Part shown: positions 38,916 through 49,299 of the stretch, piece by piece | How the letters are laid out: each line of letters opens with the position of its first letter | Position numbering within the stretch: the first letter of the stretch is position 1 | Source: Lingula anatina | Lineage: Eukaryota > Animalia > Brachiopoda | Direction: 5' to 3' | DNA length: 64,000 bases | NCBI GenBank assembly: GCA_051362555.1 | Contig: CM120643.1 | Location: 434,001 to 498,000 of the forward strand | The notes under the pieces: model-generated | Database searches by the model: none | What the model was told of the DNA's origin: nothing | The model's input: only the letters and a program-made list of their open reading frames with translations | Program-made: the position numbers and the translations under genes

Positions 38916-40493
38916 AAAAAAATATTAAAGCGATGCCAGCTCAAGTGGTAGGAAAAGTGCCATAAAAGAGATTGTCCTGTGGAAGACGACAATTACCATT
39001 TTGGCGAGCGTAACATTAAAATCATGGATTTTGATCATATTAATGTATCATTTTCATACCCCATTGCTGGTTGGGTCAGGCGAAAAAGGGGGGGGGGGCT
39101 GGAGACAGAAAAATGCCCTCGTTTTGTCACCCCCCTGTACACTAAATCTGCTGTCCAGACTTGGGATTTTGTAGTAAAACCAGCAGTTTATTAACAATGT
39201 CTTGCCACCTTCAGAGTCACTCCACTGGTGATAAGGAAACAGAGACCCGAGCTCTTGTGTCTTGGTCCCACCTGTCCTGCCCGGGGACTGATCTCAGTTT
39301 TACTACCCTTGATATACTTGTACTCTCTATCAGGGACACATATTGATTTTCACTAGATATGTAGTAAATAATGCACTGTCCACGAGCCCGATATCACGCT
39401 CGGCCTGCTGTCGTGGATATCGGGCGAGGGGGTAACAGTGCATTATTTGTCATACATACAAAGGGAAATCGTGCGTGTTCCCCACCCCAAACCCCTTACT
39501 TTGAATAGAACACGCTGATATCACTGCGCATGGGGTTATATCAAAGAATGGACTTTCCCCGCGTTTGCTGCCTAATTACGGTCACCGTCCAATCATCTTC
39601 GTTTGCGTTGGTGGTTTTCTGAGTAGTTGGCCGATTTCCTGCCCATCTTCCGCACGTGGCAGTCACTCCATCTCATTCATTGTATCGGTCCCTGCAATCC
39701 TTTTGTTTAGATAGCAGCCCCGTGGTATGTATTAAAAGATAAATTGTTCCTGGTGAAATAGATTGCTAATCTCTGTACTGTGAGCCTGTGCTGAAATCTC
39801 AAGGATGATTACATGGCTGGTAATTGTTTGCATAACTACTCAGGCACTGTCACACAGCAAGTCCCTACCAATTCCCCTTGAAAAAGCTCCATTCAGAGCT
39901 CATTCAATACTGCATACACGAATACATGTATGAGATCAAATAAGAACGTGGGATTGGTAAAAATATTAATAAAATGCGACCACTTAAAATAACGCGTCAT
40001 TAACTATGAACATTTTTATGAAGTCGGAAAAAAATTGATAAATTAAATACTTGATAATAACTACTGACCAAAAACATCTGATCAAAAACACCCCGCCTGC
40101 GTTCGCCGAAGACCGTGTAACATGTAGCTATCATATGACACAGGTTGGGGGGGGGGGGGGGAAGGGGAGGAGTCCGTCCAAAGCCGCACCACCAAAACTG
40201 AGACAAGAAGACCAACTTCAGACCATATTGGCGAAAGTACGGCCAATGCCTGGTACTTTCGGAACTGATGTTTTCAGATTCTCCTCATTATTCTCTAACA
40301 TCAATGTTTATAGATCTACGTGAACTGCTGTGTCAGCATTTCAGCAGCAAAGATAAACAACGATAAAAAAGCCTCGATAAAAAAGCAACCCGATATTTTC
40401 ACTCCCCAGACAGTAATTTTTATCACCAGTCACCAATAAAGTTGACAGCATAGCAAAAGTTGTCTTATTTTTTCTTTCTCTTTCATAACGTAC

Positions 40494-40630
40494 CTTGCAA
40501 TCTCTCCTCTGTCACCGTCGAGCTCAAAGTGAAAATACGACGCAACACAATTTTAGGAATCTTAATTATCTTGCATCGCGTAACCGATACCGAAACCGGG
40601 AAATACATGTACTAAGGAGAAATCGAAACC
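40494..40630 (-). promoter_or_regulatory. Putative non-coding first exon and IRF/ISRE-like promoter, distal copy
   Basis: Donor AAG|gtacgt at 40494/40493; AAAGTGAAA (~40526), GATACCGAAACCGGGAAA (~40586-40603) and GAAATCGAAACC (~40619-40630). Confidence 0.5.
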
Positions 40631-41294
40631 AAAAAATATTAAAGCGATACCAGCTCTTTATTTTGGCAGGAAATGTGCCATAAAACAGATTATCCTGATT
40701 ATCCTGAGGAAAACGACAATTAACAGTTTGGCAAGCGTAACATTATAATCGTGGATTTTGAGCATATCTATGTATGTTTTTCATACTCACCCCATCGCTG
40801 GGGCAGGCGAAAAAAAAAAGGTTGGTGGAGACAGCAAATTGCCTGCGTTTGACACCCTGTATGTTCACTTTATCTGCTGCCGAGACTTGGGATTTTGTAA
40901 TTAAAAACAGCAGTGTATTAACAGTGTCTTCCGTGCAGGCTTTTCCCGCTGGTGATAAGGAAACAGAGACCCGAGCTCCCGTGTCTTGATCCCGCCTGTC
41001 CTGCCCGGTGACTGATCTCTGTGAACGGCGTCTGCCTTAGTACCCTTGATATATACCTGTAGGTATGCCTGGGGGCCTTTTGTTTCGTTTGAGACAAATC
41101 CTTGAGCGTTCATTGGTTGCTGGTGAGATCAATGGCGCTTTTTTTTTTGGGGGGGGGGGGGGGTCTGCAAAATGCATACCGGGCGACATTTGATAAATTC
41201 AATCGATATTAGTATAAAAAATTAAAATTAATTGAAAAATCTAACTGTTAATATATAACATACAAATATGCCGTGTGAGTTGAACCCGCCCCCC

Positions 41295-41342
41295 CTCACA
41301 GACACCCCCCACACACACACACATATACAAACACACAAACAC

Positions 41343-41374
<32 letters not shown>

Positions 41375-41490
41375 AACACACCACACACACACACACATAT
41401 ACACACACACAAACACACCACACACACACACACACACAGACCCCCCCTCACAGACCCCCCCCCCCCCCACACACACACACACACACACAG
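41295..41490. repeat. (CA)n compound microsatellite
   Basis: Direct reading. Confidence 0.95.
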
Positions 41491-42059
41491 CAAATCCGTA
41501 CACCGGTCGACCAGGTTAAGTCCAGTTGCAGCGTTCAAAACACGCCTCTAGATCTGTGGATTTTTATTAAAACATTTCTCAGAATTCAGTCTGAGGAACC
41601 AATTTTGTTTATGTCTCATATTATGTCGTATTTATGTCGTATATTTGGGTGAAACGTATTTATACAAATATTTTTTGAACTTTTTTTTTATTTTCAAAAA
41701 AGATTTAATAGAAATTTGCTCCATTTCTTACTCTAAATTTGCACTTTCCCGTGCTTAATGTTTTAATCAACGATCTCTGGCCTTTCATAATTTTCTATTG
41801 TATTCATCCAATTGTTTATTATTTTTCATTGTTCATTACATATTTTATTGTTATTATTTATTTATTAATTTGTAGATAGACTGTACTGGTTCAGTGATTT
41901 GTAGATTCAATGTGTTGTACTCCAATATACAAATTGCTGGCTGAGATTTTTCTGAAGGGTAAAGATTTCTTGAACATTTTTTCGATATAAAACATTTATT
42001 ATCTGCCTAACAGACTGTTGTTAATACTTTTTTTCTATTTATCGACCGATTCGTCTGCC

Positions 42060-42560
42060 TTGACAATGGTGCTTATTGTGCCTTTTCCACGTACTGTTGT
42101 ATTGACCGTTTTCGCCGAAATATCATTTACCTGGGCCTAACAATGCGATCGGTGCCGAGAGGAAAATTGTAAATCAAGTTGTACGGTATTTGCTAGGCCT
42201 GTAGTTGACTTGACCCCGAGTCTCACCGAAAGTTAGCCTCTGTAGTAACAGCATCGTCTGCGTACGTCTTCAGCGTGATCACGCATACACTCCCGTCTGT
42301 TATTTTCTGTGACTTCCCAATATTTCAAATTTTTTACTTGTAATTGATGTGCTGTGTTTACCTTTTATTTTTCTGGTTAACACTGGACCATTTACGTTGA
42401 CAATGGCGCTTATTGTGCCTTTTCCACGTACTGTTGTATTGACCGTTTTCGCCGAAATATCACTATTAACTCGGCATAACAGTGCTTTCCGTGTCAATAA
42501 GAAAATAGAAAATCAACTTGTATAGTATTTGTCAGCCCTGTATCTGACTTGACCCTGGCT
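42060..42560. repeat. Tandem duplication, ~338-bp period
   Basis: TTGACAATGG.GCTTATTGTGCCTTTTCCACGTACTG at ~42060 and ~42397. Confidence 0.8.
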
Positions 42561-42761
42561 TTCAGAGGTCAATAAGGAAAAAATTCGCGTCTCTAGTAAC
42601 AAGGTGCGTCTGTTGATTGCAGCGACTTGTATAAATAGGATGCTGTTATAGATTCTTACTTGCAAACAAACAAACTTTAAAAAAACGCCACTGAGCAGTG
42701 ATCATATGTTAATCTGTAAAATATTTATTTCATCACAAAATCACTAAACACAATGGTGTTG

Positions 42762-43045
42762 CAGTGGCGGATTTAAGGGAGGTCAGTAGGGTCGTGACCC
42801 CCCCCCCCCCACCTCCTTCGATTTCTGAAAAATATCACACCAATATTCCCCTCGGGAAATTAGAATTTTGACTATCTGAATCATAGTTCTAAACAGTGCC
42901 AAATGGAACCGTTTGCTTTCTAAAATACCCTGTACCAGAACTTTTAGTGGCCCAAACGCCACGCTAACGTAGGGGGTGGGTGGAGAGGGGGGGGGCGGCT
43001 TGCAGACGCGGACCCCCTCTTCAAATACTCCTGGATCCGCCCCTG
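42762..43045. mobile_element. MITE (CAGTGGCGGAT...ATCCGCCCCTG)
   Basis: Short TIRs with internal poly-C/poly-G; a related fragment lies at ~11091-11140. Confidence 0.65.
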
Positions 43046-43046
43046 G

Positions 43047-43580
43047 TTAAAGTTAACATATTATATTAAAGAATTATTAGACATCGTTATATCATGTGCA
43101 AGACAAAAATTTACTGGACTTACAAAGTGCAAGACATATGGTCTTCAAGCAATATCTGGATATGACCGTTTTTCCTCCTTTTGTAATTTAGAAAGGGGGG
43201 CCTAAATGATTCCAGGTGTTACAGTAATAAACTTACATTGTACCATCCAAGACAATGTTCTTACGTTGCCACAATACTGTTTTAGTATACAACAGTGATA
43301 AAAAGAAAAGTTCAAAAAGCATATTATCCAAATTCTACACCATGAACGTACATGTATGCACAATATTGTATATCATTTATATTGCCACCTTCCCCTCTTA
43401 TCAGCAAAAAGATACCCAAGACTACAACTACTTACGCTGGAATAATACCTCTCATGGCACTCTCTCTCCTGTCTGGCACGTTGTCCCATTCTGGTGTAAA
43501 ATTGCTCAAATACATCTTCATATGTAGTGTGTGACCTGGTACTGGTGCTGTAGTTTTAATTTTGCCTCTTTGAAGCAGGC
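43047..43580 (-). pseudogene. Collapsed relic of a third sacsin copy (3' flank plus coding fragment)
   Basis: Three colinear blocks matching ~45103-45295, ~47803-47980 and coding ~49478-49577 of copy B. Confidence 0.75.
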
Positions 43581-45840
43581 TTCACAACACTTTTATTATT
43601 TTTTAAACTAACGTTTAGGGTCCTGCATATACATTTATTGATCTTAATAATAAATATTTCATTATTATTAGTCATGGACCTGACAGGTTTAATCAGACAT
43701 AGAGGGTTCACTTCGACAACCAATTAGATCAGGCTTTCTTTAAATATCTTTGGTATTTTGAATAAAGAAGTTTTTAAAATAAAGAAGTTTTTAGAATAAA
43801 AGTAATAAAATTAATTGAAACGGGAAAAATTGATTAGAACAAATGATGTAGAAATTAATGTTACTTAATCATTCTCTTTAAAAACTGGTCTAAAAATTCT
43901 ATTTGTTAGAGTTTTCAAAAAGATACGTTTTGAGTTCCCTTTACTCAGCAATGGAAGTGCCGGTTTTTCGAGAGAGTATAAGGTTTATAATCAACTTTTA
44001 ACCGCAAACAGTATTAAATTCTAAAGTCTTATTATCATAATGACTTTTATTATTTTCAGTTTATCCTAATCCTTTACTCTTAAAGGGAGGTTTTGTCAAA
44101 ACAAAATAATTAAATTATATAATATAATATTAGTATATATTATAGTTAATGTTATTATATATTAATATTATAATATTCCATAATTAAAGAAGATCAAAAC
44201 GGTTATGGGAGGTCCATTAAACCAGAATTAATTTCGCTATTCCTCGTCACACTTTTATAATTCATATCAAACATGGTCAATAATTCAATACATGTAGTAT
44301 ATAATAATTCCATCATTGCATTACATTATCAAAAACTGTATTTGTAAAGGAATAGCTGTACTAGTACATTGTCCATGTTAATATATAAAAAAGTGAATGA
44401 AGGTATTTTAAATTGAATTACTATACATTTCAAGTCAAAACAAAACATGTAAATTAACCAAAATTTTATTGTTGAAATTCATTCAATAAGAGACCAATAT
44501 CTCTTTTAAACACCATTTAATAAAAATTAGATAAACATAAGTGCTATCCTAACTTAATCATGATGCACTTAACCTTAATTTTCCTCAATTAAACATAATA
44601 TCAAAATTAACAAATTTTGTGTTTATAGTTTGCTATATAAGTGAGATCGAAAGCTGTTTTGTCACAAATGTCAAAAAATGTTATTGCTCAGGAGAGATAT
44701 TTAGAAGTGCCATTCAGTTTCAGTGTGACTAAGGTAGTGTTGTAAAGTGCTGCAGTACTGGTACTAACATCACACAGGTTTAGGGGTAGAGCATTGATCT
44801 CATATCCATCTGAGAGTTCAGTGTAGTTTAAATGCTATAGCAATCTTAATTCCTTTTCCTTAGTGTCCTCTTTGTGTTTCTTCCCAAATATGAGTAGTAT
44901 TGAACACGCCTCTAGATTTGGAGTCTTTGCTAGTTTGTGACAAACTACCTTTTGATCTCTATAATCCATCAAGCCTAAGAAAACCATTCATTAAAATCAG
45001 ATGAGTGGAGATGCTATTCTGCATGTAACTTGATAATGCTGCAGTTAACCCTAATTGTATATAATATAGTAACTGACAGTCAATATTAAAATGACAGATA
45101 AATAAAGTTAACATATTATACATATTAATTATTAGACATCATTTTATCATGTGCAAGACAAAAATTTACTGGACTTCCAAAATTCAAGACATATGGTCTT
45201 CAAGCAATATCTGAATTTGACAGTTTTCCCCCTTTTCTCATTTGGGAAGGGGTCTCAAATAATTTCAGGTGTTACATTAATAACCCTACCATCAAAGGCA
45301 CAACTGAGACATTTTCAGCAATTGTGTAGTGCACATGGAAAACAAAACTGAATTCACTTTGCGATATGTGATTAAATAAGCACCCCCCCCCCCCCCCACA
45401 CACACACATAAATAGGTCTAATGAACACATATCCAAACCAACCAACTTCAAAACAAGCAATTTCCACCCCTATGCCTACATACATACAAGATAATAGCCA
45501 GGGCTGCCCCTCCCCCCCTCCCCCCCCCCCCCCAACTTCCCCCTATGTAATAGCTGTAGTTTAAGCACCCTGAATACACACAAACTAGGGCAGACTTAGC
45601 TGTTCCTTTGACATTATCTTGGACCATATACAGTACAGTGTGACGGGTACAAGATATCACGGTCTAATTAAACTCAGATGATTCCCTAAACCAATAAATT
45701 TCATGTTCCCAGCTAAATGTCTACATAGCTTTATTTTTTGTTTGTATGTAAAAGCTTACACTATACATGACCTAAAACCAAAATTATATACTAGAATAAA
45801 AAGATACATAATATGTGCACTCAATTAATTAGGGAAAACC

Positions 45841-46203
45841 AAACTTACATGTAATTATATATGGTACATGTATCTCACTTCCCCTAATCCTTCCAAAAAA
45901 CAAACTTACATGTAATTATATATAGTACATGTATCTCACTTCCCCTAATCCTTCCAAAAAACAAACTTACATGTAATTATATATGGTACATGTACCTCAC
46001 TTCCCCTAATCCTTCCAAAAAACAAACTTACATGTAATTATATATAGTACATGTATCTCACTTCCCCTAATCCTTCCAAAAAACAAACTTACATGTAATT
46101 ATATATGGTATATGTATCTCACTTCCCCTAATCCTTCCAAAAAACAAACTTACATGTAATTATATATGGTATATGTACCTCACTTCCCCCAATCCTTCAA
46201 AAA
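45841..46203. repeat. 61-bp minisatellite x6
   Basis: AAACTTACATGTAATTATATAT..CCCCTAATCCTTCCAAAAAAC, near-perfect copies. Confidence 0.95.
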
Positions 46204-46389
46204 ATCCAATCTAACTAAAATATTATCTTAAATTTAAATGAAATAGCAAGAATGCTCATTTTGGACCCTATAGCTACTACAGTACATTGTAGGTTAATAA
46301 CTTACATTGTCCCTTTATAACAATAATAATTAAGAAGTAAATCCTGCAAACCAGCTGCAAACCACCCCCTCAAAAAAAAAAATAAATAA

Positions 46390-46433
<44 letters not shown>

Positions 46434-46504
46434 CTCCAACTCCACTGTATACTTGGCACTACCCACCTAGTTATCTGTAATAATTCTGATTATAGAACAG
46501 GTGG

Positions 46505-46728
46505 CATACGAGGGTATACAGGGAATACCCCCCCCCCATTAAACACCAATCACCAAGATTAAAATAGCTCAATCACCAATCACCAAGATATATTCAGGCC
46601 AATCACCAATCACCAAGAATTCTTGAATCACATACCACGCATAATATTGGGCTCAAATAACTTATCACACTAAAAAAATAAGTCCAATCACACAGAATGC
46701 AAAAGGTATTCCCTACCCTCGCATACTG
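46505..46728. mobile_element. Small MITE with CACCAATCACCAAG repeats
   Basis: CGAGGGTA..GGGAATACC vs GGTATTCCCTACCCTCG. Confidence 0.6.
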
Positions 46729-47830
46729 CTTACTAGCATGCTTACTAACTGAAATTATACATATCTTATTTTTTATATATACAGATGCTGATGTTAGAAG
46801 AATGTGGTTCACTTATTATATACACATTCTTCTAACATCAGCATCTGCCATACACTGCATTATAATCTTAAATGTGATCCCTCTATAATTTAAAAATTCA
46901 TTATAGATTTGTAAAGAACAACAACCAAAATCCTTTTAAACTACAGCCTTAATCAGTTCCTTTCAAGTTACCACATTTCATTTTTAAAACAATGAACTTT
47001 GTTCTATGAAAAATTGTCACTTTGCATAACGTGCATGTGTTACGCTGGTGTTTATATTTGCAGAGGGTGCTCACTGCAATCGATGGAAGTCTTACATTTC
47101 AAATCTTACTTAATTGCCATAGAGCCTGCTTACTCTTAAGCAATATATTGAAACAAATAATGCTTATTTAAGTAACTATACATTATTAAGCATTACCATA
47201 TACTCTAGTAATTTTTTCATCGCATTTTCCTGTAATTGATGTAAAACTAGCAGCATATATTAACAGCATAAGAAATAGACACAATTACTTGATTTTTCTA
47301 AATTAAAAAACGCATGCACATTGATCTGCAAGGATACCTCTTCATATCCCTGCAAAGCACATTTGCTGCAATTTATCTAAATTTTCTAATATTTCACAGC
47401 TTACATTTTCTACTAGCTACCAGCAAAATACCTGCATATTATATTGTTTGCATGAATATGCACATCAAATTTCTTTTCTCATAACAGTGGCAAAATTCTG
47501 TGATAAAATGTATCAAAAGAAATCAATCTACATACAAATGCCAACTGTCATGCTTTCTTTCAAAAGTTTGTTAACTGACTTTCCTCTACAATACAATGTG
47601 GTTTCTAGAACTTTGATGAATTTCAAAATTGAAAAAAGGAAAAATTATTTGGACACAAATTCTGAATAGAAAAATTATAACAAGCATATTGTCTTCTAAT
47701 GGCATTGTTCTATTACTGCTCTGTACGTCACCTAGTCTGGTTTCAGATGTGACTAATGCAAAGCAGATATATACTGTACCCAGCCTACATGTATATATAC
47801 AGTATACAACAGAAATAAAAAGTTCAAAAA

Positions 47831-47832
<2 letters not shown>

Positions 47833-47892
<60 letters not shown>
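47833..47892. repeat. (AT)n microsatellite
   Basis: Direct reading. Confidence 0.95.
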
Positions 47893-47900
<8 letters not shown>

Positions 47901-47987
47901 CATGAATGTATGTATGTACAAATATTTTATATCACTTAAATTTCCACCTTATCAGCAAAAAGATACCTAAGACTACAACTACATGTA

Positions 47988-48510
47988 CGTATGTTCACTC
48001 TTTTTTACACTGTATATATACAAACTAAGACTCACTTCAAACTCCAATAAAAATCTATTTACATTTTTTCAGTATACTAAAATATGTATTTGGCATTAAA
48101 AGCAAAAAGGAAATTAAATGTTACTTACAATAAAGATGTTTTTATCCAACTTTTCAATAAAGAAAAAAATGTTCCTGTCATATGAATTTTCCTGTATATA
48201 TACCTATAGTGTAATATATGAGACCTATCCAAAATACACAATGTTTTTCATGGATTACCTAAACATGTATGTTCACTCTTTTTTACACTGTATATACATC
48301 TAAGGTTCACGTCAAACTCCAAGAAAAATCTTTTTACATTTTTTCAGTATATATACTAAAACATACATATGGCAATAAAACCAAAGAGCAAAATTTTTAT
48401 TTTCAATGAAGATGTTTTTATCCATCTTTTCAATAAAGAAAAAAATGTTTCTGTCATAGGAATTGTTCTGTATATATACCTGTAGTGCAATATGAAACCT
48501 ATCCAAAGTA
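47988..48510. repeat. Tandem duplication, ~278-bp period x2, just 3' of the copy B stop
   Basis: TATGTTCACTCTTTTTTACACTGTATATA at ~47990 and ~48268 with colinear continuation. Confidence 0.85.
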
Positions 48511-48677
48511 CGCAATTCAAAATTAGTTTCATTTTCCCCCAAGACAATAATTCTCAACACACCCATGTTCATCATGTTGAAGCAATCCTGTAACAGGACA
48601 CTAAAATATCCTGCAAAGCAAATGTTCTCAAAGTAAAAGAAATTTGCATTGATTAATTACATAAAAAGAGAAGAAAT

Positions 48678-48995
48678 TTACATTGTTCTGTCCATTGGCA
48701 CGCCTTTCTCTGTCAACAATGTCTCGATCTCAGTCAGCAGTTGGCTGGTGATGTCCACAGCTTGTGTTGCTGTGTTCATGTTGTAGACCTCATGTGGTAG
48801 ACCACGACACCTGTCAGGGTAGCGCATGGCAGTGGAATGTGTAAGAAGGGACTGGAGTCGTCTGGACAGCAGTGAAATAGTCGAGCAATTGTCTGCAAGG
48901 TTAAGTGTGGCAGCCATTGTAGGCAGGTCGTGAGTGTTGCATTTCAGATTGGCATTGATGGCAAACTGTGCGGCCTTCAGTGCTTTTTCTGCTGA
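48678..48995 (-). CDS. SACS: Sacsin-like copy B, terminal exon (HEPN domain)
   Basis: Acceptor tttcag|TCA gives SAEKALKAAQF..THDL..MRYPD..LPHEVY..stop, the sacsin-type HEPN signature, in phase 0 with the giant exon. Confidence 0.92.
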   Translation of the reverse strand, partial: SAEKALKAAQFAINANLKCNTHDLPTMAATLNLADNCSTISLLSRRLQSLLTHSTAMRYPDRCRGLPHEVYNMNTATQAVDITSQLLTEIETLLTEKGVPMDRTM

Positions 48996-49299
48996 CTGAA
49001 ATTATAATATACATATGCAATATAGATAAACTAATTGCATATTTATAGTGTTTCAATTTGAAAAAATAGTAAATACGTACTGTTTAATTTTAACTGTCGA
49101 AAGAGCATAAACAAGAAGTAAGCAGATTGACAGAACAGGTGAAAAATTGGGATTACACTCCAAAATTTAATCAACTTATGAAATCTAATAAATTACTTTA
49201 TTAAAATAATTCAATATTAAAAATAAAACTGCACGGTATAATGATCAAACTCAATTACTCATTGTGAACTGAACTGAGATTGAACCAGCATTATCTAAC

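Larger units (their letters stand above)
37962..41062. repeat. Direct duplication of ~1.2-1.35 kb (37962-39325 vs 39879-41062)
   Basis: Colinear similarity along the whole length, with copy-specific indels. Confidence 0.88.

Noticed and set aside
40250-40350. Alternative ATG exon (MLENNEENLKTSVPKVP)
   Set aside because: No convincing AG acceptor or GT donor in the needed phase; the exon at 30354-30452 fits much better.
41228-41538. Cys/Val-rich and His/Thr-rich ORFs
   Set aside because: Translations of a (CA)n microsatellite.
45841-46203. CRISPR-like array
   Set aside because: Whole 61-bp units repeat with no unique spacers and no cas genes; the same holds for the arrays at 35-37 kb, 61.7 kb and 63 kb.
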